From contig MEQL01000037.1 in NCBI GenBank assembly GCA_001770205.1, positions 1 through 64,000 on the forward strand: a stretch of DNA of 64,000 bases. The letters are read 5' to 3'. Numbering within the stretch: position 1 is the stretch's first letter; each line of letters opens with the position of its first letter. Made by a program: the position numbers and the translations under genes. The stretch comes from Bdellovibrionales bacterium RIFOXYD12_FULL_39_22. GTDB lineage: Bacteria > Bdellovibrionota > Bacteriovoracia > Bacteriovoracales > Bacteriovoracaceae. Under the pieces are notes generated by a model, which saw only the letters and a list, made by a program, of their open reading frames with translations, was not told the origin of the DNA and did no database searches. Positions 18,269 through 29,254 of this stretch are shown here, piece by piece.

Positions 18269-19420
18269 ATGAATAATTTTGAAAAAATAATTTCCACCTT
18301 GGCCTGTTTGGGATTTTTTCTCACCTCGCTAATATCTTGTTCGGCCTTTAAACAGGTGCAAAAGTCTTCTGATCTTGCTTTGACGGCCGAGCGGAAAACC
18401 AAGAGTAATTTTGATCTGCTTTGGATAAAAAACAATGATCCTGATTATGAAGCGGGCAATCTCCCTATTGCGACAAACTCGCCACTTTCGTACAAAGATA
18501 TTCTGTATGTTGGGCATAATGGTGGCCAGATGATGGCCTACGATTTAGAAAATGGTCGAGTCGTCTGGGCCCGTGAAGAGGGTGGCGATTTTCCGTCAAG
18601 GCCAATCATTTATAAAGATAGTGTAATTTATGGAAACAGTAACGGGAGTCTTTTTGCTCGGCACTATTTAACTGGAGAATTAAAGTATCGGGTAGATTTG
18701 GAATCGGCCTTTGAGTCAGAGGGATCTGTTTACAAGGGAATGCTTTTTTTTCAACTGCGCAATCATAAGATCGTGGCAATGGATGCTACTACAGGAAAAA
18801 TTTTATGGGCCTATAAGCGCTCGGTTCCATATTTGACGACAATTCAAATGGCCTCGCGCCCTACAGTAATAGACAATAAACTTTTTGCTGGTTTTGCAGA
18901 TGGATCAGTATGTGCTTTTTCTATTGAGGATGGTGTTTTGCTATGGGAGAAAAAAATTGTTTCAGGGTCTAAGTTTATTGATGTTGACATGACTCCGACT
19001 TTTTTTGCTGGCAAATTAATTATTGGTTCCATCTCTGGCCAGGTCACGGTTCTTTCCCCGGAAACTGGAAATACTGAGCGCAAGTTGGAAATTGTGGCAA
19101 ATCGAAGTCCTCTTGTCCAAAATGATAACTTAATTTTTGGTACGATGGATGGTTCCATTGTGGTGGTTGATGGATTATTTAACACGGTTAAAGAGAAAAA
19201 AATAACAGACCTTCCCATTGGAAAAATTAAGAAATGGAAAAATGGTTTGCTGGTTCCTTCCGTTGGGAGCAGGATTTGGTTGGTGGATATTAATACATTG
19301 GGCCCTCTTGAGGCATTTGATCTGGGGCATGCCTCTTCTTCAATTTTGGGAGAAGTGGACGTTGCCGATGATAAATTGTCACTACTTTCTTCTCGTAATA
19401 GGCTTTACGTTTTTAAGTAA
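18269..19420 (+). CDS. bamB: BamB-like PQQ-repeat beta-propeller lipoprotein
   Basis: Lipobox LISC; repeated AxDxxxGxxxW propeller motifs. Confidence 0.75.
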   Translation: MNNFEKIISTLACLGFFLTSLISCSAFKQVQKSSDLALTAERKTKSNFDLLWIKNNDPDYEAGNLPIATNSPLSYKDILYVGHNGGQMMAYDLENGRVVWAREEGGDFPSRPIIYKDSVIYGNSNGSLFARHYLTGELKYRVDLESAFESEGSVYKGMLFFQLRNHKIVAMDATTGKILWAYKRSVPYLTTIQMASRPTVIDNKLFAGFADGSVCAFSIEDGVLLWEKKIVSGSKFIDVDMTPTFFAGKLIIGSISGQVTVLSPETGNTERKLEIVANRSPLVQNDNLIFGTMDGSIVVVDGLFNTVKEKKITDLPIGKIKKWKNGLLVPSVGSRIWLVDINTLGPLEAFDLGHASSSILGEVDVADDKLSLLSSRNRLYVFK

Positions 19421-19450
19421 AGAAGTTAGCGCGTTGCCTTCCGATACAAT

Positions 19451-20437
19451 TTAGTTTTGTCTTCTGATTTTCACCAAATCATCAAGGTAATTATATGTCC
19501 AATGGATGTTGAATCTGTTAACCAGTTCGTTTACATAGCGAGTGTCATATGGAGCTTCATTGTTGTTTGAAGCAATCCCTCGTCCACTTTTCAATTCTTC
19601 CTTGGTGGTATGTGTTATGGAATCAATCAGTACTAAATTGGCAAAAACGGTTGTTTTAAAAAGTACTTTCAAGCTAGAAGGAGATTTTTCAAATTCTGGA
19701 TGTTGTTTTACATAGCTATACAAATTTTCGAAGGTAAAGTAATTTGAGCTAGTACCAGTTTCGCACAATTCATCTAATTCTCTATGTAGCTTAAGGATAT
19801 GCAGATCTATGGCCTGTTGAATGATGGCCGTCTGGCCATTTGTGGCCAAATGATCATGGGCGATATCGATTACTCGTGGGCGAATACTGTCGCCGTTTAT
19901 GGGCAGGGCCAATTCGGGGTAAAGGGCCACTAGCTGCTCGCTATTTGTGCGAGGGACAGATGAGAGTATCTTTGTGTATTTTCCCCACCAGATGGCATTA
20001 GGTCCTGCGGCCCTCGCCACATTTTTGCCACTATCCTTATAATCTAGTAAGGAGTTATGAAAATTTGGACAGAGATCAACTTTTGGTGGGCGTTGTTTAG
20101 AATATATAGATAAGGCATCATATTGGGAAAGCAGTGCAAGAAAATAGAGGCGCTTGTTAGAGTAATTTAAATCTTCACTATCATCAGGTGATGGACGGCC
20201 GGTTGGTTCTTTGATTGATGCGGGGCCTCGCCCGGTGGTGCTTGTTGCGTTGTTGTCGTTTTGCTTAAAAATATCGCTTTCGGTGAACACTGCCATTTCA
20301 GGGACTCGATTACTTATGGCCTCGTGAGGAGTATATCTGGCCATTTTCTCACTTATTGATTCTGGCCGCTTAAGGCCCGAGCAAGCGGTTGATAATACTA
20401 AAATCATCAGTGCCAAGAGGTTTATTGATTTTCCCAT
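19451..20437 (-). CDS. Hypothetical lipoprotein
   Basis: Lipobox STAC; GRGPAS and GRGIAS motifs; AAGGA RBS. Confidence 0.75.
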   Translation of the reverse strand: MGKSINLLALMILVLSTACSGLKRPESISEKMARYTPHEAISNRVPEMAVFTESDIFKQNDNNATSTTGRGPASIKEPTGRPSPDDSEDLNYSNKRLYFLALLSQYDALSIYSKQRPPKVDLCPNFHNSLLDYKDSGKNVARAAGPNAIWWGKYTKILSSVPRTNSEQLVALYPELALPINGDSIRPRVIDIAHDHLATNGQTAIIQQAIDLHILKLHRELDELCETGTSSNYFTFENLYSYVKQHPEFEKSPSSLKVLFKTTVFANLVLIDSITHTTKEELKSGRGIASNNNEAPYDTRYVNELVNRFNIHWTYNYLDDLVKIRRQN

Positions 20438-20500
20438 AGATCATCCTTTGGAATAGGCCGTTTATGACAGCGATCTTAAACCAAACCGTCAACTACAAAT

Positions 20501-20528
20501 CTTTCGGCATTTTTTTTAATTTTCTTGA
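20501..20528 (-). promoter_or_regulatory. Putative sigma28 (FliA) promoter for the lipoprotein gene
   Basis: Minus strand TCAAG-N15-GCCGAAAG resembles TAAA-N15-GCCGATAA; about 65 nt upstream of the ATG. Confidence 0.55.
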
Positions 20529-20537
20529 GTAAAATTG

Positions 20538-20563
20538 GCCGCCATTTTTAAATTTATAGCGGC
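20538..20563 (-). terminator. Possible terminator after the carboxypeptidase gene
   Basis: Minus-strand stem GCCGCTAT...ATGGCGGC followed by CAATTTT. Confidence 0.4.
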
Positions 20564-20622
20564 AAGTTGCAAAGAGACGTTATTTTAAGTAGATGTAAAA
20601 CTGAGTGGAGTCTAAATAGTCG

Positions 20623-21972
20623 TTAGTTGATGAAGATATAATTTCCATTATTTTCTTGTAGTTCATTTTTTACGACTACATTTACAGAGCGATTAGTTTC
20701 TTTCGATGTTGTTTTTATCTCAAATAGATATTCCCCTTCATCAAGAACTTTATAAAATTCACCATGCGAAAAACCAAAGGAACTAATAAGTTCATTTTTG
20801 TTGGCGTCTATTTTCTTATATATTGTGATTGCGCCGGAGAGTTGATTATCTGCGAAGTAAACCCCGGCCCCTTGATGAATTCGCCTCATGTACTGGATCA
20901 TAGATTCTTTGTTAAGATTGTATTGGCGAGAAATTTCAGTTATTCTCGGCCACTTTATTAGGGAAAATTCCAGAGTGATCTGCATGTCACCGTGCCAATA
21001 GTAGCTCCAGTCTTGCATTCCGCCATTAACCTCATACCAGTCATAACCGTTGGTGATACCGTCGTTAAACTCTCCCGAGCCTCTCATGTCCGAATTATTT
21101 CGAGCATACTCGGCAGAGAGATCCACAATTAGATTTTGGAATTGGAAATCCCCACCTTTCGTATCCCAAGGATAGTTTACAACGACGGCGCCATCGTGAA
21201 AGTTAGCAGATAGGGCAAAATTGCGTTCCTTTTGAAAATTCATTACGGCCACGGTTTCGGCCGGCCTGGAACCAGAAATGTTTTGATTGTCGGAGGTAGT
21301 GAAGTCCGGAAAGCTGCGATTTAGATCTCTATAATTAGCGTTACCTCGCTGGCGCTTAGCATTGCCGTCTGGATTGATAGAAGGAAGGAGATAAATCTCA
21401 GTATTGTTAATCAGAGAGATTATTCGCTCATTGTTATCGTAGTAGGCCATGGCCAAGTCGGCAATTAATTTTACAAGAAGTTCGCGCCCGACAATTTCAT
21501 CACCATGCATATTGGCGATATATTTAAATTCTGGCTCAATCTCATCTTGGCCGGCGTTATCGGATATTTTTACTGCCCAGATTGGGCGGCCCAAAACAGA
21601 TTTTCCAATGGAAGTTAGAGAAATTATTTCAGGATATTTTTCTTGCAACATTTTAAGTTGTTCGCCAATTTGCTCAGGGGTTTGATAATCGGCCAGAGCA
21701 CCACGCTCGGAATTATTTTTTCTGTTTGCCTCCGCTAGAGAGTTGTAGCGAAGCCCCTTGAAGGACTTAAGCCAAACACCTAGTCCATCTGGCCCATATA
21801 ATTCATATCCCTGAGAGCTAACGAGATCAATAATCATCTCAGGTCGAGAATTGAAGATTTTTAAGTAGCGGTGTTCTTTGTCATAAATGTAATACCCCTC
21901 TTTTGCCGTTTGGGCAAAAAGAGAAGAAGTAAAAAACAGACTCAAAAGAGCGAGAATAATAAATCTAATCAT
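20623..21972 (-). CDS. Secreted M14 zinc carboxypeptidase (CPD/CPE-like)
   Basis: Signal peptide from ATG 21972; PEFKYIANMHGDE, DLNRSFP, SANFHDG, GGMQDW, ITLEFS motifs. Confidence 0.9.
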   Translation of the reverse strand: MIRFIILALLSLFFTSSLFAQTAKEGYYIYDKEHRYLKIFNSRPEMIIDLVSSQGYELYGPDGLGVWLKSFKGLRYNSLAEANRKNNSERGALADYQTPEQIGEQLKMLQEKYPEIISLTSIGKSVLGRPIWAVKISDNAGQDEIEPEFKYIANMHGDEIVGRELLVKLIADLAMAYYDNNERIISLINNTEIYLLPSINPDGNAKRQRGNANYRDLNRSFPDFTTSDNQNISGSRPAETVAVMNFQKERNFALSANFHDGAVVVNYPWDTKGGDFQFQNLIVDLSAEYARNNSDMRGSGEFNDGITNGYDWYEVNGGMQDWSYYWHGDMQITLEFSLIKWPRITEISRQYNLNKESMIQYMRRIHQGAGVYFADNQLSGAITIYKKIDANKNELISSFGFSHGEFYKVLDEGEYLFEIKTTSKETNRSVNVVVKNELQENNGNYIFIN

Positions 21973-22088
21973 AAATGAAGCATCCTGCTTAGAGTTAATG
22001 AATTCTACCATTGAATTCATACAGCTAAATTTTCTAAGGTGGCCTGGTTTTAGTCAAACTAATAATTTTGCCGGATTTAATTTTTTGT

Positions 22089-23048
22089 TCAGAAATTTCG
22101 CAGGGTGAGTACTATAGGGAAATGATCAGAAGGTAGTTTGCGCTTAATTTCTTCGCTGGAGACGGAGATATTTTCCACCCGCAGTCCATTCACATCTATC
22201 TGCGCGGCCACTCCAGACTCAGATCTAACAATTTCTTGCAGAAGGGACAGAGGGACAAAAAAGTAATCAAACTGATTTAGGAATTTAGTGGCATCAACAA
22301 AATAGGTCAGAGAAATGCGTTGCTCTATTGGGATTTGTATTAGTTCTAGTAGATCAGCGAGGGAATTTTCTTTATAGATTGTCGCAAATTCAGAGTCACA
22401 AGTTTTTCTTTGAGCGTTGCCATTGAAGTCTCCGGCCATACAGATAGGTACCTCTGGTAAATTGCTGGAGCGAGAAGGATTGTTGAATTCATCAACCAAT
22501 TCTTTATATATTTCCATTAAAGTTTGTGCTTCAGCGGTTCGGCGCAATTTCCCTCCACGATCTATTTGGTTTATTGCCGGGCCAGTGGAATCTAATTGTG
22601 ATTTAAGATGAACCAGTAGCAGGATCATAATTGGCCGACTGTTGGGAAGATCGGGAGAGGTAGGGTATAGGCGCAATTCGGCAACATCTCGTGAAAAAGT
22701 GTACTTGATGCTGGGATCAAAATTAATATTGCGATCCTTGTGCGTTTTGTGCTGCCAAAAGAACTTAAATTTTTTTTTTATGAGGTAGGCAAGTTCAATT
22801 CCACGTTCAGAGTTGCCGGGGATGAGGGAGGGCACATACTCATTGTTTAAATACTTAGTGTTAAAAAGTTCGAGGGAATAAATACCACCAATTTCGGAAA
22901 GCATGAAAATGTCGGCATTAATCATTTGCATTGTTTTGGCCAATGCTTCCAATTTTTCAGCAGACTTTTCATATTGAGAAGCACTTGGGATTTTTGCCAG
23001 CGCATTGTGCAAAAATAGATTTTCAACATTGAAGCTGCAAATTTTCAT
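22089..23048 (-). CDS. Endonuclease/exonuclease/phosphatase (EEP) family protein
   Basis: SFNVENLF, HLKS, GDFN, DY, SDHFPI motifs; ATGA overlap with the upstream stop. Confidence 0.88.
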   Translation of the reverse strand: MKICSFNVENLFLHNALAKIPSASQYEKSAEKLEALAKTMQMINADIFMLSEIGGIYSLELFNTKYLNNEYVPSLIPGNSERGIELAYLIKKKFKFFWQHKTHKDRNINFDPSIKYTFSRDVAELRLYPTSPDLPNSRPIMILLLVHLKSQLDSTGPAINQIDRGGKLRRTAEAQTLMEIYKELVDEFNNPSRSSNLPEVPICMAGDFNGNAQRKTCDSEFATIYKENSLADLLELIQIPIEQRISLTYFVDATKFLNQFDYFFVPLSLLQEIVRSESGVAAQIDVNGLRVENISVSSEEIKRKLPSDHFPIVLTLRNF

Positions 23049-23791
23049 AAACAGCTCCAACCAAAAACGGTAGTGATGTAGGTTTTACTATCGATGTTCC
23101 AAATGTTTTTACAAAAATATTCAGAGTATAGATTTTTAAGATTGTCTCTTTTTTTGATAAAATGCTCTTTCAAATCTTCTGGGCATTGGGCCTCTATTGG
23201 TGCGGGGGCCTGTGAGAGAAAAGTAGTTAGCTCTATTTCGCCAGATAGTTTGCTTTTCAAGGCGTAATAGTTTCCACCTTCTTCCATAAGAAAGACCATT
23301 CCGCGATTGTCCATATAGGCCGGTACTTCCCCGCGAGGAATTATAAATAGTGCTTCTTCATGAGTAAATTTGGCCAGGGCAATTTCTGCAATAGCTCCAG
23401 GAAGGGAGACTAGTGAGTTGCTGTTTTTAACGATAACGCTTGCTTGATATGTTTGTGGATTGGTTTCGCTTGGGCGATGTCTAAGACAAGGGGAATCCCA
23501 GCTGGCAGAAAGCGGAGCATTTTTTATTTCATTAGTCGCCCATATATTCCAAGGAAGGCCCTTGGTTTTTATCTGTTCATTGGCGATACTGTTTGCGGCG
23601 TGTTTGGAAGACTTCTGCGATATGATTTTTCTCCAGGCGTTGTTGGCCACACCATACTCCTTTGTGCAATGAGAGTTGGTGGGGCAACCGTCGTATTGGT
23701 GGTCTAACATGTAGGGCCGAAATTTTTCTTCTGCCTGTATATTTAGAGCAAAAAGAAAAGGCCATACAAAGAAGGGAGAGATCAATTTCAT
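23045..23791 (-). CDS. Hypothetical secreted Cys-containing protein
   Basis: Signal peptide; GCPTNSHC ... WDSPC ... CKNIWN ... GWSC. Confidence 0.7.
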   Translation of the reverse strand: MKLISPFFVWPFLFALNIQAEEKFRPYMLDHQYDGCPTNSHCTKEYGVANNAWRKIISQKSSKHAANSIANEQIKTKGLPWNIWATNEIKNAPLSASWDSPCLRHRPSETNPQTYQASVIVKNSNSLVSLPGAIAEIALAKFTHEEALFIIPRGEVPAYMDNRGMVFLMEEGGNYYALKSKLSGEIELTTFLSQAPAPIEAQCPEDLKEHFIKKRDNLKNLYSEYFCKNIWNIDSKTYITTVFGWSCL

Positions 23792-23923
23792 CGCAACATT
23801 ATAATGTTTTTTCTTTGGTAATTACCACTTCATATTTTTTCTCTGACCGTGAAGCTATGGTATTGCTTCGTCAACCTTTTTTACTGGCCGTAAGATTTTT
23901 TTGAAAAAAACGCCAAGGATTAA

Positions 23924-23980
23924 GCACAATATCTAGTGTGCTGTCAGAGTTTTGGCAGGCGACACCCCAATATATTGTAT
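23924..23980 (+). promoter_or_regulatory. Tandem NrdR boxes
   Basis: gcaCAATATCTAGtgt (23924-23939) and cccCAATATATTGtat (23965-23980) match acaCwAtATaTwGtgt; starts 41 bp apart, upstream of nrdJ. Confidence 0.85.
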
Positions 23981-24125
23981 GCCCGGCGCCTTTTTGGTTG
24001 ACTAAGAAAAGGCCTTGCGTTTTTATAAATTGTATAAGCATTAATCAAAAACTTGAATTTTTTACTTAAAATATTTCGTGGTAGCTTGGACGCCACCCAA
24101 AAATTAAAGGAAAGGAGATCTAGTA

Positions 24126-27100
24126 ATGAAAGTTCGGCGCATTTTGACGACAAAAGGAAAATCATCTTACGAAGGAATCAAATTTGAAAAAAGAACTAGT
24201 GAAGTAAAACAACTTGATGGTTCTGGAAAGAACTCACAAGAGGTGGTGGTTCCCCACTTTTGGTCGCAGGTAGCTGCCGACATTATAGCTCAAAAATATT
24301 TCAGAAGAACTGGAGTTCCTAAAGTTGATGAAAATGGGCGGGCCATTTTAGATGAACATGGCCAACCACTTTTGGGCGGTGAAACGGATAGTCGGCAAGT
24401 TTTTTCTCGCTTGGCCGGCTGTTGGAGAATTTGGGGGGAACAGTATAACTATTTTGATAGTAAAGATGATGCTGATAGTTTTCAAGCGGAGATTGAATTC
24501 ATGTTGGCCAATCAGATGGCCGCTCCAAATTCTCCACAGTGGTTTAATACAGGACTACATTCGGCGTATGGAATTTCTGGAAAACCACAGGGCCATTTTT
24601 TTGTAGACCCAAAAACTAAAAAGTTAAAAAAATCTTCTTCTGCTTATGAGCGACCTCAACCACATGCTTGCTTTATTCAATCTATTAAGGATGACTTGGT
24701 AAATCCGGGTGGAATTATGGATTTGTGGATGCGCGAGGCGCGTCTTTTTAAATATGGCTCGGGAACAGGAACCAATTTTTCCTCTATAAGGGGAGAGGGA
24801 GAAAAATTATCGGGAGGCGGCGCCTCTTCCGGATTGATGTCCTTTTTGAAAATTGGAGATCGAGCGGCCGGTTCCATCAAATCCGGTGGAACGACTAGAC
24901 GAGCTGCCAAAATGGTAACTTTAGATCTAGACCATCCTGACATTGAGGAGTTTGTTGATTGGAAAACAAAAGAAGAGCGCAAGGTGGCCGCCCTAGTAAC
25001 TGGGTCAAAGGTTTGCAAAAAGCATCTAGTAAATATTGCAGAAGCACTAAGTGTAGAGGGATCGGGAGATGCTCGCTTTTCTACAAAGACTAACTCGCAG
25101 CTAAAGAAGGCCATCGCTGCCGCCAATCGCGATCATGTACCAATGAAGTATATTTCTCGGGTGATTGAGTTAGCACAACAAGGAATTACTCAAATTGATT
25201 TTGAAGAGTTTAACACGGATTGGAATTCCGAGGCCTATAGTACTGTGACAGGCCAGAATTCTAATAATTCGGTGCGTATTCCCAACAGCTTTTTTCAGAA
25301 ACTTGAACGCGACGAAGACTTTGAACTGATCAATCGTATTGATAAGAAGGTTTATAAAAAAGTTAAGGCCCGCGATTTATGGAATAAAATTAACCTGGCC
25401 GCCTGGAATTGTGCTGATCCTGGTTTGCAATTTGACGACACGATTAACGAGTGGCACACCTGTCCAAAAGATGGGCGTATTAATGCTTCCAATCCTTGTT
25501 CTGAATATATGTTTTTGGACGATACAGCTTGTAATTTGGCCTCGCTGAATTTGATGCGGTTTTTAGATCCCGTTACTTCTATGTTTGATGTTGAAAAGTT
25601 TATTCACGCCTGTGAGTTGTGGACGGTGGTATTGGAAATTTCAGTTTTAATGGCACAGTTTCCTTCGGAGGAAATAGCCAAGCGTTCTTTTGATTATCGA
25701 ACTCTCGGTTTGGGGTTTGCCAATATTGGTGCACTTTTGATGGTAATGGGAATTCCTTATGATTCAGACGAAGGAAGAAACATTGCGGCCGCCATCTCTT
25801 CAATTATGGGAGGAACTGCGTATAAAACATCGGCCATCTTGGCCGCCGAACATGGCCCCTTTGAGGCCTTTAAGCGCAATAAAGAGGATATGCTGCGAGT
25901 AATTAGAAATCATCGCCGTGCCACCTACGGAGAGCGTCGTGTTTATGAACAACTAACCATTGCCCCTGTAGTACTAAATGATAAGTTTGTAGATAAATAT
26001 CTAGTGGCCGCGGCCAAAAAGGCCTGGGATGATGCCCTCTCTCTAGGGACAGAGCATGGATTTAGAAATGCACAGACCACGGTAGTGGCACCCACTGGAA
26101 CGATTGGCCTAGTTATGGATTGCGATACTACGGGAATTGAACCAGATTTTTCGTTGGTAAAATTTAAGAAGTTGGCCGGTGGAGGATATTTTAAAATAAT
26201 TAACCAATCGGTTCCGGCCGCCCTCATCAAGTTGGGATATAAAAAAGATGAAATTGACGCCATTGTAAAACACGCGATAGGCAGAGGAACATTTGTTGGA
26301 TGTCCAACTATTAATAAAGATATCCTCTTTAAAAAAGGCCTAGATGAGAAAACAATTAGTAGTATCGAGGCCGGACTGTTTAGTGCCTTCGATATTACCT
26401 TTTCTTTTTCTCGCTTCGTATTAGGTGATAAATTTTTAAGAGAGACACTAAAGCTTTCCGAAGAAAAGATAAATGATCCAAATTTAAATGTATTAAACGA
26501 GATGGGATTTAACGCAGAAGATATTCGCTTGGCCAATGACTACGTTTGCGGAACAATGACGTTGGAAGGAGCTCCGGGATTAAAAGATGAGCATCTGGCC
26601 GTGTTTGATTGTGCCAGTAAATGTGGACGTTATGGTACGCGCGTTATTTCTGCTGAAGGCCACATAAAAATGATGGCCGCTGTTCAGCCATATATTTCAG
26701 GTGCTATTTCGAAGACAATAAATATGCCTGCTGAAAGTACAGTTGAAGATGTTGCTCACGCCTATAAATTATCTTGGCAACTAATGACCAAGGCCAATGC
26801 AATTTATCGTGACGGTTCAAAGTTGTCTCAGCCACTTAATGCACAGGCCTTTGAAGATTTTGGGTTGGCCGATTTGTTGGAGAATGCGGAGGAGATGAGT
26901 ACTCCGGATAAAGTAGCAACAGTCGCTCAGAAAGTGGTGGAAAAAATTGTCTACAAAGAAATTTCCAAGAGGCGGCCGCTACCAAGTAAACGCTTGGGCT
27001 ACACTCAAAAGGCCACCATTGCTGGCCATAAAATTTACTTGCGTACCGGGGAGTATGAAGGCGGTGATCTTGGTGAAATTTTTATTGATATGCACAAAGA

Positions 27101-27641
27101 GGGGGCGGCCTATCGCTCACTAATGAATTGTTTTTCTATCGCTATTTCCCTGGGACTACAATATGGAGTTCCGCTGGAAGAATTTGTGGATGCTTTTACT
27201 TTTACTCGCTTTGAACCAAATGGAATGGTGATGGGGCATGACAATATTAAAATGACTACCTCCGTAATTGATTATATTTTCCGCGATATTGGAATGAATT
27301 ATCTGGGCCGCTATGATCTAGTACATGTCAAGCCAGATGATTTGAAGGCAGATACAGTGCAAGGAGAAGTGGCGGAAGAACCATTGCTCGCGTTGATTGA
27401 ACAGGGAGAAGCGGCCTTGCATGCGGATGGTTCGACTTCTGCGGTACCGGCAGTGAGTGTCCACAAAGTTTTTAGTTTTGAGAGTGATTCCAAGATGGCC
27501 GTAGAACAGAAAAAACGGCAGACAGCAAAACTAAAAGGCTATGAGGGAGACTCATGCCCTGAGTGTGGTGCATTAACGCTTGTGCGCAATGGATCTTGTC
27601 TTAAGTGCGATAGTTGTGGTTCCACTACGGGATGTTCTTGA
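24126..27641 (+). CDS. nrdJ: Class II (adenosylcobalamin-dependent) ribonucleotide reductase with fused C-terminal TSCPD/zinc-ribbon region
   Basis: [51 protein letters not shown]-terminal [16 protein letters not shown]. Confidence 0.96.
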   Translation: MKVRRILTTKGKSSYEGIKFEKRTSEVKQLDGSGKNSQEVVVPHFWSQVAADIIAQKYFRRTGVPKVDENGRAILDEHGQPLLGGETDSRQVFSRLAGCWRIWGEQYNYFDSKDDADSFQAEIEFMLANQMAAPNSPQWFNTGLHSAYGISGKPQGHFFVDPKTKKLKKSSSAYERPQPHACFIQSIKDDLVNPGGIMDLWMREARLFKYGSGTGTNFSSIRGEGEKLSGGGASSGLMSFLKIGDRAAGSIKSGGTTRRAAKMVTLDLDHPDIEEFVDWKTKEERKVAALVTGSKVCKKHLVNIAEALSVEGSGDARFSTKTNSQLKKAIAAANRDHVPMKYISRVIELAQQGITQIDFEEFNTDWNSEAYSTVTGQNSNNSVRIPNSFFQKLERDEDFELINRIDKKVYKKVKARDLWNKINLAAWNCADPGLQFDDTINEWHTCPKDGRINASNPCSEYMFLDDTACNLASLNLMRFLDPVTSMFDVEKFIHACELWTVVLEISVLMAQFPSEEIAKRSFDYRTLGLGFANIGALLMVMGIPYDSDEGRNIAAAISSIMGGTAYKTSAILAAEHGPFEAFKRNKEDMLRVIRNHRRATYGERRVYEQLTIAPVVLNDKFVDKYLVAAAKKAWDDALSLGTEHGFRNAQTTVVAPTGTIGLVMDCDTTGIEPDFSLVKFKKLAGGGYFKIINQSVPAALIKLGYKKDEIDAIVKHAIGRGTFVGCPTINKDILFKKGLDEKTISSIEAGLFSAFDITFSFSRFVLGDKFLRETLKLSEEKINDPNLNVLNEMGFNAEDIRLANDYVCGTMTLEGAPGLKDEHLAVFDCASKCGRYGTRVISAEGHIKMMAAVQPYISGAISKTINMPAESTVEDVAHAYKLSWQLMTKANAIYRDGSKLSQPLNAQAFEDFGLADLLENAEEMSTPDKVATVAQKVVEKIVYKEISKRRPLPSKRLGYTQKATIAGHKIYLRTGEYEGGDLGEIFIDMHKEGAAYRSLMNCFSIAISLGLQYGVPLEEFVDAFTFTRFEPNGMVMGHDNIKMTTSVIDYIFRDIGMNYLGRYDLVHVKPDDLKADTVQGEVAEEPLLALIEQGEAALHADGSTSAVPAVSVHKVFSFESDSKMAVEQKKRQTAKLKGYEGDSCPECGALTLVRNGSCLKCDSCGSTTGCS

Positions 27642-27664
27642 TTGTGGAAAAAAAGTTGTCATAG

Positions 27665-27696
27665 AGTTGTCGAGCACGCCATCGTGCTCGACAACT
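27665..27696. repeat. Perfect 14-bp inverted repeat between convergent genes (terminator-like)
   Basis: AGTTGTCGAGCACG-ccat-CGTGCTCGACAACT; no U-tract directly adjacent. Confidence 0.8.
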
Positions 27697-27726
27697 GAAA
27701 GGATGTTTATAATCTAGGGCAGTGAA

Positions 27727-28155
27727 TTAATTGTATTCGCAGTGTTGGTTTGTATATTGCCAGTTATGTTCTCGAACCAACCAAACATTGTCATTATTAT
27801 CAAAAAGATGATCAATTCCGTTAGTGATGTATGTCTTTATGTTTGCCGAATTACCATGATATTCAATACCCTCGGTATATTTATCGAAAAAAAAGAGCAA
27901 AAAATTTCCCACATCAACTATATCGTCTGGTGTAGAAGTTTCGTTTCCGACAATCTTTACTTGATAGTTTTTATAATGTTTTGCAATCAGATCTTTTGAA
28001 ACTGCTATCGTGGCGCTAAGAAAATTTCCACTACTACCAGTGATAATATTGCCGGCGCTTACGACAAAAATATTACAATTGCGGTCATCATATTCCGCGG
28101 CGTCAACCGCATAATTCATCATAATAAGTATTAAAAATGATAGAAGTGATTTCAT
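27727..28155 (-). CDS. Hypothetical secreted protein
   Basis: AGGAG RBS, signal peptide ending VDA, two Cys near the termini. Confidence 0.7.
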   Translation of the reverse strand: MKSLLSFLILIMMNYAVDAAEYDDRNCNIFVVSAGNIITGSSGNFLSATIAVSKDLIAKHYKNYQVKIVGNETSTPDDIVDVGNFLLFFFDKYTEGIEYHGNSANIKTYITNGIDHLFDNNDNVWLVREHNWQYTNQHCEYN

Positions 28156-28202
28156 AGATAATCTCCTGGTTATTGTTTAAAGTATTTCAAAGTTTGGCCA
28201 TT

Positions 28203-28496
28203 CTAATGATCTGTTGAAAAAGGTGGTTTGTTGGATTGATCAGAGCACTCGGCATGATACATACCATTTAAACACTCATTTAAAGATGAATAGCGGAGTG
28301 TACTACGTTCTTGATGGTATCCACCAGGGCATCCGTACCTTGGATCTCCGTTACAAACTGATTGGATTATTGAAAAAGAGTATCCGTCGATTTCTTCGCC
28401 ATTAAGATAGATTTTTTCTAAAATGCATGGTGTGCAATAATCAGCAGCATAAGAGATAGACCCAATCAGAATAATTCCAATTAATAATTTAATCAT
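28203..28496 (-). CDS. Small secreted Cys-rich protein (6 Cys)
   Basis: AGGAGAGG RBS; signal peptide ending SYA. Confidence 0.7.
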   Translation of the reverse strand: MIKLLIGIILIGSISYAADYCTPCILEKIYLNGEEIDGYSFSIIQSVCNGDPRYGCPGGYHQERSTLRYSSLNECLNGMYHAECSDQSNKPPFSTDH

Positions 28497-28610
28497 TTTT
28501 TCCTCTCCTTTTTGTTTGGTTTGTTGAATCTTGTAATTTATAGCACAGCTTGGAGGATTATAAATATTTTTATTTAAAATTGAAATAATTACATATATAA
28601 TGCTAGTTGT

Positions 28611-29234
28611 ATGGTTAAAACAAATAAGTCACTTGAAGCAAAGCAAAAAATCTTGGCCGGTCTAATACGGCTTGCTTATAAAGAAGGTATTGATAGTGTT
28701 ACATACCAAAAAGTGGCCGATGAAGTTGGTCTTAGTTATTACCTAGTACACTACTACTTTGCCAAAGGCACTAACACGCTTTTAGATGAAGGGATTGCTT
28801 ATGTAGGGAAGCGGGCCCAGGAATATATCAGCAACTATATTTCCAATGTTGCAAAAGAATCTAATGTGGTTATGATTCACCAATATATACTGGGGACTCT
28901 TAATTGGGGCCGTGATTTTCCTGATGAAAGTAGTTTTTGGGCATATTATTATCATCTTTGCTCGCGAAGAAGTGATATGGCAAAATTCAATCAAGAGGTT
29001 ACTCGCGTTGCCCAAAAAAGAGTGGAGCGATTGATTCGTGAAGATATCGGAAGTGAGCATTTTCCTTTTCAAAACAACATCCCGGAATTGGCAGAAGATC
29101 TACATACCTATATTGTTGGAGCAACGATAAAATATCTTACCAATCGAAATGATCAACAATTTGATCATGTAGTTAAGCAATCTTGGCGTTTTGCCGAGAA
29201 GTTATTTACGCTACATGCGCGTAAGTTTGTTTAA
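28611..29234 (+). CDS. TetR/AcrR-family transcriptional regulator
   Basis: N-terminal HTH EGIDSVTYQKVADEVGLSYYLVHYYF. Confidence 0.88.
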   Translation: MVKTNKSLEAKQKILAGLIRLAYKEGIDSVTYQKVADEVGLSYYLVHYYFAKGTNTLLDEGIAYVGKRAQEYISNYISNVAKESNVVMIHQYILGTLNWGRDFPDESSFWAYYYHLCSRRSDMAKFNQEVTRVAQKRVERLIREDIGSEHFPFQNNIPELAEDLHTYIVGATIKYLTNRNDQQFDHVVKQSWRFAEKLFTLHARKFV

Positions 29235-29254
29235 TAAAAAGCTAGATTAATTAT

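Noticed and set aside
23792..27641. Cobalamin riboswitch upstream of nrdJ, or an intein/intron within it
   Set aside because: No B12-box motifs seen; the RNR motifs are contiguous, with no splicing or homing-endonuclease signatures.
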